A stretch of DNA of 64,000 nucleotides from a phage. The translations under genes were made by a program, and so were the position numbers. The DNA lies in the sequence record PX421306.1; one strand, 5' to 3'. Shown piece after piece: positions 47,105 to 56,546 of this stretch. The notes beneath the pieces were generated by a model. The model was not told where the DNA came from. It saw nothing but the letters and a program-made list of their open reading frames with translations, and made no database searches. Position 1 is the first letter of the stretch. Each line of letters begins with the position of its first letter.

Positions 47105-47400
47105 GCAACCTTGTCGGGGTTCCACCTGCTAAGGCAAGTGTTTGTACGAAACGCCGGGATTCGAACCCGGTTATTAAGCAGTTGACGCTACTTAATATTT
47201 TTAAAAGGCCATATCTCGACCATATCCGAACGTTCCGTCAAAAACGCTACTCGGCTTACGGCAAAGATATTTCCTCGAATCGATAATTCGGTGCGCCGTT
47301 TCTGCTGTGATGTAAGAGGGCATCAACAAATCATAAAGATTTATTAACACAATTCCTTACCCAGGGAACATCAGTCCGACGACTTACCGGTAGCGACCCG
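47105..47400 (-). ncRNA. candidate small stable RNA(s) adjacent to the tRNA cluster (T4 species 1/2 analogue)
   Basis: No ORF of 60 aa or more; GC-rich, tRNA-like T-arm CCGGG-UUCGAAU-CCCGG at about 47150-47170 but no complete cloverleaf. Confidence 0.35.
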
Positions 47401-47405
47401 GTTTC

Positions 47406-47756
47406 TTAATATTCTTTTAAAGCATCAATCTGTTCACGGCGTTTACGCCATAAATCAATTGCTTCATACGCAGATTCAGCATTTCGAATTGGACGGCATT
47501 TATATAAAGACTTATGATTTTGATATTGTGTAGATAACGGAATTTTATCTAAAAGGTCTTTACGTTCAAAGTATTCGTAACCATCTAAGCCAAATGAACG
47601 ATTTTTGAGAAATTGCCAATGACCGTATTCGTTTTCGACATAAACATAATCTGCGTGCTGATAAAGCAAATTAATTACGCGTTCAGAAATAACAGTGTCA
47701 TTATGATTAAAATAGAATGTTAAATCATGAACTACTAAATAAACATTACCTTTCAT
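47406..47756 (-). CDS. hypothetical protein
   Basis: 116-aa ORF between tRNA-Arg and the small-RNA region. Confidence 0.5.
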   Translation of the reverse strand: MKGNVYLVVHDLTFYFNHNDTVISERVINLLYQHADYVYVENEYGHWQFLKNRSFGLDGYEYFERKDLLDKIPLSTQYQNHKSLYKCRPIRNAESAYEAIDLWRKRREQIDALKEY

Positions 47757-47772
47757 ATTTTCCTCACTTAAT

Positions 47773-47848
47773 TGGTCGAGGCAGTAGGGATCGAACCTAC
47801 GACCTAGGACTTAGAAGGTCCTTGCTCTTCCTTCTGAGCTATGCCTCG
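47773..47848 (-). tRNA. tRNA-Arg (anticodon UCU)
   Basis: 76 nt cloverleaf folded by hand; anticodon loop CUUCUAA; GGUUCGAUCC T-arm; encoded CCA. Confidence 0.85.
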
Positions 47849-47852
47849 GATT

Positions 47853-47927
47853 TGGCGGACGTGATAGGATTCGAACCTATAACCAATCGCTTAACAGGCG
47901 ATCGCTCTGCCATTGAGCTACACATCC
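47853..47927 (-). tRNA. tRNA-Asn (anticodon GUU)
   Basis: 75 nt; anticodon stem ATCGC/GCGAT, loop CUGUUAA; TTCGAAT T-loop; encoded CCA. Confidence 0.8.
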
Positions 47928-47931
47928 AAAT

Positions 47932-48018
47932 TGGTGGGGAGTGATGGAGTCGAACCACCCGAGTCGCAATGACAATGGATTTACAGTCCACACCGCTACC
48001 TCTACGGGATAACTCCCC
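47932..48018 (-). tRNA. tRNA-Tyr (anticodon GUA)
   Basis: 87 nt with long variable arm; anticodon loop CUGUAAA; encoded CCA. Confidence 0.75.
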
Positions 48019-48031
48019 TTAATTCTTAATT

Positions 48032-48106
48032 TGGTGGCCCTGGGTGGAATTGAACCACCATCTGGCGATTATGAGTCGCTTGCTTGAACCTTCCAGCTAC
48101 AGGGCC
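48032..48106 (-). tRNA. tRNA with CAU anticodon (Met, or Ile if lysidine-modified)
   Basis: 75 nt; perfect 7-bp acceptor stem; anticodon loop CUCAUAA; encoded CCA. Confidence 0.75.
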
Positions 48107-48107
48107 T

Positions 48108-48183
48108 TGGTGCTGATTGACGGAATCGAACCGCCGACCTTCTCATTACAAGTGAGTTGCTCTACCTACTAAGCTAAATCAGC
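48108..48183 (-). tRNA. tRNA-Thr (anticodon UGU)
   Basis: 76 nt; anticodon loop CUUGUAA; GGCGG-TTCGATT-CCGTC T-arm; encoded CCA. Confidence 0.85.
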
Positions 48184-48188
48184 AAAAC

Positions 48189-48278
48189 TGGCGGAGGCGA
48201 TAGGATTTGAACCTATGAGTCGCCGGAACGACTGCCGGTTTTCAAGACCGGTGCATTAAACCACTCTGCCACGCCTCC
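48189..48278 (-). tRNA. tRNA-Ser (anticodon UGA)
   Basis: 90 nt with long variable arm; anticodon loop CUUGAAA; encoded CCA. Confidence 0.8.
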
Positions 48279-48280
48279 AG

Positions 48281-48354
48281 TCTCCATACAAGGATTTGAA
48301 CCTTGGACCTCCTGATCCCAAATCAGGCGCTCTACCAAACTGAGCTACACGGAG
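48281..48354 (-). tRNA. tRNA-Pro (anticodon UGG), CCA not encoded
   Basis: Anticodon loop UUUGGGA; only 2 nt from tRNA-Ser (dimeric precursor as in T4). Confidence 0.8.
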
Positions 48355-48364
48355 TAAATTAAAT

Positions 48365-48438
<74 letters not shown>

Positions 48439-48443
48439 AAATT

Positions 48444-48530
48444 TGGTGCGAGAAGTGGGACTCGAACCCACAAGGAAATCATTCCGCAGCATTTTAAGTG
48501 CTGTGCCTTTACCAATTTGACCATTCTCGC
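48444..48530 (-). tRNA. tRNA-Leu (anticodon UAA)
   Basis: 87 nt with long variable arm; anticodon loop CUUAAAA; encoded CCA. Confidence 0.8.
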
Positions 48531-48531
48531 G

Positions 48532-48604
48532 CTGGGAATAAAGGACTCGAACCTTTGCATCCTGGAATCAAAATCCAGTGCCTTACCAACTTGGCTAATT
48601 CCCA
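48532..48604 (-). tRNA. tRNA-Gln (anticodon UUG), CCA not encoded
   Basis: Anticodon loop UUUUGAU; 1 nt from tRNA-Leu (Gln-Leu dimeric precursor as in T4). Confidence 0.8.
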
Positions 48605-48701
48605 ATTATTAACAAAGGCTCTCAAGCAAGAACCCTTGATGATAGAGGGTATTAATCAGTGCGATATGAGTTAATAATAACAAATAATTCTTAAAGCATA
48701 T

Positions 48702-48989
48702 TTACCATTTATGATAATACATATTTACGATGCATTCAAGACCCAAAGGATTCTTGAAAATATCATATTCAAGAGGACCTTTTTCCGTTTCAATAAAGAA
48801 ATCAAAATTTACTGTATTAAATTTACGGTCTTCCTTCACTAATTTAACTTGAGAAGATGAACGATCAATGTAAACCTTTTCAACTTCAAAACATGTTAAA
48901 ATGCCATAATCATCAATCAAGGCTTTAGCTGCTTCTTGATCATATTTATATCCATTTTTAATGGATGATACTTTCGCATAAAGAATCAT
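48702..48989 (-). CDS. hypothetical protein
   Basis: 95-aa ORF between ipI region and tRNA cluster. Confidence 0.5.
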   Translation of the reverse strand: MILYAKVSSIKNGYKYDQEAAKALIDDYGILTCFEVEKVYIDRSSSQVKLVKEDRKFNTVNFDFFIETEKGPLEYDIFKNPLGLECIVNMYYHKW

Positions 48990-48991
48990 TA

Positions 48992-49408
48992 TTAACCTTT
49001 ATCAACAATAGTATGTGTATGGGCATTTACGATTTGCCACCAGTCAAAACTATCGCCAAATCGTTTTGATTTATTGTCTTCAATAATTTGGCGTAATTCA
49101 TCTTCTGTTTCAGCATACGCAATCAAATCATCATATCCACCACGAGGATAATAATTATCACCTGCAAAAAGTAAAAAGTTTGGTTTAATATTATTGAACT
49201 CTTCAAGAGTAATAACTTTTCCTGATGGTAGTTGAACAATCTCTACATATTTATATCCTAATTTTTGAGCAGCATCTACTGCTTCAAGCAAAGTATCATG
49301 AGCCCATCCAATTTGACAACCTGGCTTTTCAGATGGATTAGCCTGATAATCCGCATACACTTTATACATTCTATTCACCTTTAGAAATTTTATCCATAAC
49401 GATAGCAA
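48992..49408 (-). CDS. hypothetical protein
   Basis: 138-aa ORF; true start may be MYKVYADYQ. Confidence 0.5.
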   Translation of the reverse strand: MLSLWIKFLKVNRMYKVYADYQANPSEKPGCQIGWAHDTLLEAVDAAQKLGYKYVEIVQLPSGKVITLEEFNNIKPNFLLFAGDNYYPRGGYDDLIAYAETEDELRQIIEDNKSKRFGDSFDWWQIVNAHTHTIVDKG

Positions 49409-49556
49409 TTAAACCAATTAAAAATGCTACTACAAGTGAAAACACATTTTCTGCTGTAGTCAATAATCCGCATATAAATCCAACAAACATTGAAAAACTA
49501 AAAGCAGAAGCAGAAATTGCAATAGCAACATTTCGAATTAATTCACAGCGTTTCAT
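49371..49556 (-). CDS. hypothetical small membrane protein
   Basis: 61 aa, two hydrophobic helices; early promoter upstream. Confidence 0.45.
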   Translation of the reverse strand: MKRCELIRNVAIAISASAFSFSMFVGFICGLLTTAENVFSLVVAFLIGLIAIVMDKISKGE

Positions 49557-49579
49557 TTTATTCTCCTCGGTAGTTGATA

Positions 49580-49620
49580 GGGTAATAGTATCACAACTAA
49601 AACCCTATGTAAACAACTTT
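49580..49620 (-). promoter_or_regulatory. T4-type early promoter
   Basis: GTTTAC (49609-49614), 18 nt, TGaTACTAT. Confidence 0.55.
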
Positions 49621-49632
49621 GTGAAATATTTA

Positions 49633-49920
49633 TTACAAAAGATTTTTAGCAATAATCTTGAGATGTGCCGCAGAAATGTGTTTAGCTTTAAACAACGCAG
49701 TTTCTTCAGCAGGAGAGATAATGATTGTAGCACCATCCTTTTTAGCAGACCACCCATCACCTAGGTAAACAGTACCTTTGATTTCTTCGCCATCAACCAA
49801 ACTAATCATTGGTTTACCTTCTCGTCCTTTATTTGCTTTAATAACTTCAGAAGTAAGAGTAGCTTCAGTAATAGTAGAAACCGGGGTAGTTGTAGAAGTA
49901 AATTCTTTGAAAGTTTTCAT
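49633..49920 (-). CDS. ipI: internal protein I (injected inhibitor of GmrS/GmrD-type restriction)
   Basis: 95 aa; C-terminal 75 residues match the recalled T4 IPI mature sequence; N-terminal targeting sequence MKTFKEF. Confidence 0.85.
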   Translation of the reverse strand: MKTFKEFTSTTTPVSTITEATLTSEVIKANKGREGKPMISLVDGEEIKGTVYLGDGWSAKKDGATIIISPAEETALFKAKHISAAHLKIIAKNLL

Positions 49921-49944
49921 TTTATTTTCCTAATTAATTTTGAT

Positions 49945-49985
49945 GAGATAATAGTATCACTACCTCATCAACGTGTAAACAACTT
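49945..49985 (-). promoter_or_regulatory. T4-type early promoter upstream of ipI
   Basis: GTTTAC (49975-49980), 18 nt, TGaTACTAT (49951-49956). Confidence 0.55.
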
Positions 49986-49992
49986 TGTGAAA

Positions 49993-50689
<697 letters not shown>

Positions 50690-50690
<1 letters not shown>

Positions 50691-51403
50691 TATAGTACCT
50701 TTAGTGTATTTTTAATTTTAGAAAAAAGTTCTTCAAGAGAACCATCATTTGTAATTACTAAATCACCATCACGAATTGGCAATCCAGCTTCTGTAATATG
50801 AGTATCATTGGATTTTTGACCAGGACGAACTACATGAATTACTGTAGCACCCATCGCCCTAGCCGCATCCATTTCATGATCTTGACGAGTATCAGGAACG
50901 ATATAATAATCATAACCTGAATTAAATTTATCAAGATAATCTAAAGCAAATAATTTTACCCAATACATGCGGTCGAAGTTATTAACAATCAAATCCGTAC
51001 CTAGGGCTTGCATCAGACGACGGACTGACCATTGATCTTCAATATTATTTATAACGTCAGCAATCTTGTTAAATGCTACGAAATTAACTGCGTCATCAAA
51101 AACAAACACACCTTTAATTGGGCTTTTACTATTAAGATAGCAAAATGCTTGTTCCATAATCGTAATTACTTCTAATTTAGTCAGATTTAAATTAGTCTCA
51201 CGATCATAGTCAATTCCTTCAAACTCTTTACGAGTTAAGCAAGGATAGTCAGTGTTTGCTGCAAATACACCCCATGCATAAGCCAATGCATCCTTAATAG
51301 GACCAGCAAGTTGATATTTAACTGCAGAATAATTATTCATAATAAAATCTGCAGTAGTATCTTTTCCACTACGCTTTACACCACTTAAAAAGATTAGTTT
51401 CAT
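50690..51403 (-). CDS. 1: deoxynucleoside monophosphate kinase gp1
   Basis: 237 aa; P-loop GVKRSGKDT. Confidence 0.9.
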
Positions 51404-51452
51404 ATGTTTCTCCTCAAATTTAGTTAAGATTATAACACATGAAACTGAAGCA

Positions 51453-51983
51453 TTAAACTTCTGCTATAATTTTGCCATCTTTTTCTACTTGAAAATACGT
51501 ATAAGGAATCGTTGCTGTACATACTAAAGCTGGGTCTGAATCTTCCGTGTAGCTAAATTCTACTTCAGACAGGTCAGAAACCCAAGGCTTATAAAAATTT
51601 ATTGACATCACGATTTCAGTTTTACTGTTATCTAAAATGTAAAGCGTAATGTATTCAGGACCTGTTTTTTGGGCAGTATTTTCGCCTGTAAGATAGTTAC
51701 TAGTTCCTAGCATCCATTCATACATTCCTATCCACGACTTAAGCTCTTCATCAACTATAAATCTCACAATGAGTGGGTCGTACTCAAATGTAACTCCTGG
51801 ACGCTGTGCTCGGCCTAGTCCAAACGGCCCAGTCACGGTATCAGTAACAGGTATCCTAATTCCCGGAATAGGAACTGACTGAGCATTTAAAGTAAAAGCA
51901 GATGTAGTATTACTATGTGGTATTGATACTACAAAGTTAGTTGTATTTGCTTGGTTAAAAATTTGTTGTAGTGCTTGCGACAT
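51453..51983 (-). CDS. 3: tail completion / sheath stabiliser gp3
   Basis: Start trimmed to MSQALQQIFNQ (176 aa as in T4 gp3). Confidence 0.85.
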   Translation of the reverse strand: MSQALQQIFNQANTTNFVVSIPHSNTTSAFTLNAQSVPIPGIRIPVTDTVTGPFGLGRAQRPGVTFEYDPLIVRFIVDEELKSWIGMYEWMLGTSNYLTGENTAQKTGPEYITLYILDNSKTEIVMSINFYKPWVSDLSEVEFSYTEDSDPALVCTATIPYTYFQVEKDGKIIAEV

Positions 51984-52089
51984 ATATTCCTCATAATGCT
52001 TCATAAATGTTGGTGGTATAATGGGTCTAAGTCCCTTCCATTCAATTCCAATTAGAACAAACAATAGAAAAGAATGGAAGATAATAGAA

Positions 52090-52914
52090 TTAGATATTTG
52101 ACCAGACTTTGTTTGCAGAGAAACGTTTTCCTTTTGAAACGAACTGCTGAAGTGGCATTAATACAACGTTCGCCCAGTCTTTCGGGGCGATTTCAACAAG
52201 GCTACCCATAATATTACCAGGTATATATGCCTTAATCATTTGGTCTGCACCCCTAAATCCTTTCACTTGACTCCAATCAATTTTTAATTTCGTTTTATTA
52301 GTAATAGTAGGTGTATTTGAATATTGCTTTAAAAGCTCTTCTAGAAATTGCTGACGAGCTTTAGGTGGAATATAGTGCAAGTTCAATCCATACATTAAAT
52401 TATGTTTACCTAAACCGAGGTAAATTATCAAAGGAAATTTATCCCAATAAGGAAGAGTTTCCTTGTGTTTAGCATCATAAGCAAAAGCATATATTCGTCC
52501 CGGCTGCGGGCGAACAACTTTATGTCCTTTTACTTGCTTAATAGTTTCAGCAAACCACTTTCTGGTTTTATTATTAATTGCTGCACCTTCATTACGAATT
52601 TTATCACGCAACGTTTGCCTGAATGAATTTATCATAAGCAGTTGTCTTTCTTGCTTATTGAGTTTATTCATTGGTTTTGATTCAAGCTTTTGAATCTTTT
52701 CAGCCGTTTTAATTCCTGAAGCATATTTTGACATTGCCGAAGTAAACGTAGAATATTTAATTCCTCTTTCTTCAGCAAATTGCTTTCCTGTCATTCCTTT
52801 TGCTTTGGCCTTTTTGTATTCAAGACCTATCTGAATCCATTTCTTTTCGTTTAATGATTGCTTAACCTTTGGAACTTGGGGAGTGCTTTCATTAATTATT
52901 TGAAAAATAGCCAT
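52090..52914 (-). CDS. 2: DNA end protector gp2
   Basis: 274-aa ORF, T4 position and length. Confidence 0.85.
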   Translation of the reverse strand: MAIFQIINESTPQVPKVKQSLNEKKWIQIGLEYKKAKAKGMTGKQFAEERGIKYSTFTSAMSKYASGIKTAEKIQKLESKPMNKLNKQERQLLMINSFRQTLRDKIRNEGAAINNKTRKWFAETIKQVKGHKVVRPQPGRIYAFAYDAKHKETLPYWDKFPLIIYLGLGKHNLMYGLNLHYIPPKARQQFLEELLKQYSNTPTITNKTKLKIDWSQVKGFRGADQMIKAYIPGNIMGSLVEIAPKDWANVVLMPLQQFVSKGKRFSANKVWSNI

Positions 52915-53366
52915 TATGCCCCCTTAAAGCCAAGAGCTCGTAATCCATCTTCTGTTAGAATTCTAAATTTTATTCCACGCTTTTCAGCTAAAGCTTGCGC
53001 TGCTTTCCATTTATCAGTGTTAACAGAATATGTATAAATTTCATTCATAAATCTTTTCTTCGCTGCGGTTGTTAGATGTGCTGGTTTAACTGGTGGTTGT
53101 GTTTCTTTTTTAGGTTTTATTTCAATAAAAAATTCTTGTCCAGAAGAATCTTTCATCCAAATATCCATGAAGTATCTACGTTTTTTCCCTTCTGCATTAC
53201 AAAAATAAGGAATTACTGCTGTTTCACTACCCCATGCAATAATTTCTGGATTTTTATCTAACCATTCAAAAAAGAATTTTTCCCAATTTGATCTATACGT
53301 AATTTTTTTAGGGTCACCTCTGTATTTTGATATATTTTTAGGAACCCATTTTCCAGAATATGCCAT
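52914..53366 (-). CDS. 4: head completion protein gp4
   Basis: 150-aa ORF, T4 position and length. Confidence 0.85.
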   Translation of the reverse strand: MAYSGKWVPKNISKYRGDPKKITYRSNWEKFFFEWLDKNPEIIAWGSETAVIPYFCNAEGKKRRYFMDIWMKDSSGQEFFIEIKPKKETQPPVKPAHLTTAAKKRFMNEIYTYSVNTDKWKAAQALAEKRGIKFRILTEDGLRALGFKGA

Positions 53367-53377
53367 TGGATTCTCCT

Positions 53378-53400
53378 TATAAATAGATAATATATTTATA
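53378..53400. promoter_or_regulatory. divergent late promoters between genes 4 and 53
   Basis: TATAAATA on the plus strand (53378-53385) for gene 53 and on the minus strand (53393-53400) for gene 4. Confidence 0.7.
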
Positions 53401-53413
53401 AACAGGAGGGCCC

Positions 53414-54004
53414 ATGCTCTTTACATTTTTTGATCCGATTGAATATGCGGCCAAAACGGTGAATAAAAACGCGCCGACTATTCCTATGACAGATATTTTT
53501 AGAAACTATAAAGACTATTTCAAACGCGCTCTTGCGGGATATCGCTTACGTACTTATTATATTAAAGGTTCACCACGCCCGGAAGAATTAGCAAATGCTA
53601 TATATGGAAATCCGCAGTTGTATTGGGTTTTATTGATGTGTAATGATAATTATGATCCGTATTATGGATGGATTACTTCGCAAGAAGCTGCTTATCAAGC
53701 ATCTATACAAAAATACAAAAACGTAGGTGGAGACCAAATAGTATATCACGTGAATGAGAATGGTGAAAAATTTTATAATTTAATATCATACGATGATAAT
53801 CCATATGTTTGGTATGATAAAGGCGATAAAGCTAGAAAATATCCTCAATATGAAGGAGCACTTGCTGCGGTCGATACGTATGAAGCTGCTGTTCTTGAAA
53901 ATGAAAAACTTCGTCAAATAAAAATAATAGCAAAATCAGACATCAATTCATTTATGAACGACCTTATACGTATAATGGAGAAATCTTATGGAAATGATAA
54001 GTAA
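53414..54004 (+). CDS. 53: baseplate wedge protein gp53
   Basis: 196 aa, T4 length; GGAGGG RBS. Confidence 0.9.
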   Translation: MLFTFFDPIEYAAKTVNKNAPTIPMTDIFRNYKDYFKRALAGYRLRTYYIKGSPRPEELANAIYGNPQLYWVLLMCNDNYDPYYGWITSQEAAYQASIQKYKNVGGDQIVYHVNENGEKFYNLISYDDNPYVWYDKGDKARKYPQYEGALAAVDTYEAAVLENEKLRQIKIIAKSDINSFMNDLIRIMEKSYGNDK

Positions 54005-55715
54005 TAACCTCAACTGGTTTGTTGGTGTTGTTGAAGATAGAATGGACCCATTAAAATTAGGTCGTGTTCGTGTTCGTGTGGTTGGTCTGCATCCACCTCA
54101 AAGAGCGCAAGGCGACGTAATGGGTATTCCAACCGATAAATTGCCATGGATGTCAGTTATTCAACCTATAACTTCTGCAGCAATGTCTGGAATTGGAGGT
54201 TCCGTTACTGGACCAGTAGAAGGAACTAGAGTTTATGGTCATTTTTTAGACAAATGGAAAACTAACGGAATTGTCCTTGGTACTTATGGCGGAATAGTTC
54301 GCGAAAAACCTAATAGACTTGAAGGATTTTCTGACCCAACTGGTCAGTATCCTAGACGTCTAGGAAATGATACTAACGTATTAAACCAAGGCGGAGAAGT
54401 AGGATATGATTCGTCTTCTAATATTATTCAAGATAGTAATCTAGACACTGCGATAAATCCTGATGATAGACCGCTATCAGAGATTCCAACTGATGATAAT
54501 CCAAATATGTCAATGGCTGAAATGCTTCGCCGTGATGAAGGATTAAGACTAAAAGTTTATTGGGATACCGAAGGATATCCGACAATTGGTATTGGTCATC
54601 TTATCATGAAGCAGCCAGTTCGTGATATGGCCCAAATTAATAAAGTTTTATCAAAACAGGTTGGTCGTGAAATTACCGGAAATCCAGGTTCTATTACAAT
54701 GGAAGAAGCGGTAGCTTTATTTGAACGTGATTTGGCTGATATGCAACGTGACATTAAATCACATTCTAAAGTTGGCCCAGTTTGGCAGGCAGTTAATCGT
54801 TCTCGTCAAATGGCGTTAGAAAATATGGCATTTCAAATGGGTGTTGGCGGTGTAGCTAAATTTAACACAATGTTAACTGCTATGTTAGCCGGAGATTGGG
54901 AAAAAGCATATAAAGCCGGACGCGATTCATTGTGGTATCAACAAACAAAAGGCCGTGCATCCCGTGTTACCATGATTATTCTTACAGGGAATTTGGAATC
55001 ATACGGTATTGAAGTGAAAACACCGGCTAGGTCTTTGTCTGCAATGGCTGCTACTGTAGCAAAGTCTTCTGACCCGGCTGACCCTCCTATTCCGAATGAT
55101 TCAAGAATTTTATTCAAAGAACCTGTTTCTTCATATAAAGGTGAATATCCGTATGTTCACACAATGGAAACTGAAAGCGGTCATATTCAGGAATTTGACG
55201 ATACCCCGGGACAAGAACGATACAGATTAGTTCATCCGACTGGAACATATGAGGAAGTATCACCGTCAGGAAGAAGAACAAGAAAAACTGTTGATAATTT
55301 GTATGATATAACAAATGCTGATGGTAATTTTTTAGTAGCCGGCGATAAAAAGACTAACGTCGGTGGATCAGAAATTTATTACAACATGGATAATCGTCTT
55401 CACCAAATAGATGGAAGCAACACAATATTTGTGCGTGGCGATGAAACTAAGACAGTTGAAGGTAATGGAACTATCCTAGTCAAAGGTAATGTTACTATTG
55501 TAGTTGAAGGTAATGCTGACATTACAGTTAAAGGAGATGCTACTACTTTAGTTGAAGGAAATCAAACTAATACAGTAAATGGAAATCTTTCTTGGAAAGT
55601 TGCTGGTACAGTTGATTGGGACGTTGGTGGCGATTGGACAGAAAAAATGACATCTATGAGTTCTATTTCATCTGGTCAATACACAATTGATGGATCGAGG
55701 ATTGACATTGGCTAA
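53988..55715 (+). CDS. 5: baseplate hub/tail lysozyme gp5
   Basis: 575 aa; internal lysozyme domain (MAEMLRRDEGLRLKVYWDTEGYPTIGIGHL) and C-terminal VxGxxxxx beta-helix repeats. Confidence 0.95.
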   Translation: MEMISNNLNWFVGVVEDRMDPLKLGRVRVRVVGLHPPQRAQGDVMGIPTDKLPWMSVIQPITSAAMSGIGGSVTGPVEGTRVYGHFLDKWKTNGIVLGTYGGIVREKPNRLEGFSDPTGQYPRRLGNDTNVLNQGGEVGYDSSSNIIQDSNLDTAINPDDRPLSEIPTDDNPNMSMAEMLRRDEGLRLKVYWDTEGYPTIGIGHLIMKQPVRDMAQINKVLSKQVGREITGNPGSITMEEAVALFERDLADMQRDIKSHSKVGPVWQAVNRSRQMALENMAFQMGVGGVAKFNTMLTAMLAGDWEKAYKAGRDSLWYQQTKGRASRVTMIILTGNLESYGIEVKTPARSLSAMAATVAKSSDPADPPIPNDSRILFKEPVSSYKGEYPYVHTMETESGHIQEFDDTPGQERYRLVHPTGTYEEVSPSGRRTRKTVDNLYDITNADGNFLVAGDKKTNVGGSEIYYNMDNRLHQIDGSNTIFVRGDETKTVEGNGTILVKGNVTIVVEGNADITVKGDATTLVEGNQTNTVNGNLSWKVAGTVDWDVGGDWTEKMTSMSSISSGQYTIDGSRIDIG

Positions 55716-56244
55716 TATACTTCCAATGAGCGCTGATTTAGGAGAATCCATGGAAGGTTCTTCTATCGACGTCACCTTTACCGCTCAATTAGAAACAGGT
55801 GAAACGTTAGTATCTATAAATATAACTAGTTACGAAGAAACTCCTGGGGTTTTAGTAGAAGAAAATCGTTTATATGGAACGTATGAATCTGTATTTGGAT
55901 TTGGAAATGACGCATTGAAATATCGTTTAGATAATGAATTTAAAACTGCTGCTTCATGGGAAGACCTTCCAACTGATTCTAATACTCAGTTATATCTATG
56001 GAACGCTCCTCAAAACCTCCAGAAGACATTCACTTACGAAGTAACATTAATATATGACTACCAAGAACAAAGTGAATCTGGAGGTTCTGGCAGTAATTCT
56101 AGGTCATCTTCTGATACTACTGAACCAACGAATCCTCCAGCTCCAATAAGAAAAACTCTTGTTAAAAATTATACAAAAACTATAGTTGGAAATTGGAGTC
56201 GTTGGGCTAATAAATTGAGAAGCTATGTGTATGAGAGGCCATAA
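55687..56244 (+). CDS. 5.1: hypothetical protein gp5.1
   Basis: 185-aa ORF between 5 and 5.4. Confidence 0.6.
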   Translation: MMDRGLTLANILPMSADLGESMEGSSIDVTFTAQLETGETLVSINITSYEETPGVLVEENRLYGTYESVFGFGNDALKYRLDNEFKTAASWEDLPTDSNTQLYLWNAPQNLQKTFTYEVTLIYDYQEQSESGGSGSNSRSSSDTTEPTNPPAPIRKTLVKNYTKTIVGNWSRWANKLRSYVYERP

Positions 56245-56538
56245 ATGTCAGGATTAAGTTACGATAAGTGTGTTACTGCTGGCCATGCTTCATGGCCTCC
56301 AACAGTTGTGAATGCCACACAAAGTAAAGTATTCACTGGAGGAATTGCTGTTCTCGTAGCAGGTGATCCAATTACAGAACATACAGAAATTAAAAAGCCA
56401 TATGAAACACATGGCGGAGTGACACAACCTAGAACTTCTAAGGTATATGTCACTGGAAAGAAAGCTGTTCAAATGGCTGATCCAATATCATGCGGTGATA
56501 CTGTGGCTCAGGCATCATCTAAAGTATTCATTAAATAG
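56245..56538 (+). CDS. 5.4: PAAR-repeat spike tip protein gp5.4
   Basis: 97 aa as in T4 gp5.4. Confidence 0.85.
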   Translation: MSGLSYDKCVTAGHASWPPTVVNATQSKVFTGGIAVLVAGDPITEHTEIKKPYETHGGVTQPRTSKVYVTGKKAVQMADPISCGDTVAQASSKVFIK

Positions 56539-56546
56539 GATTTAAA

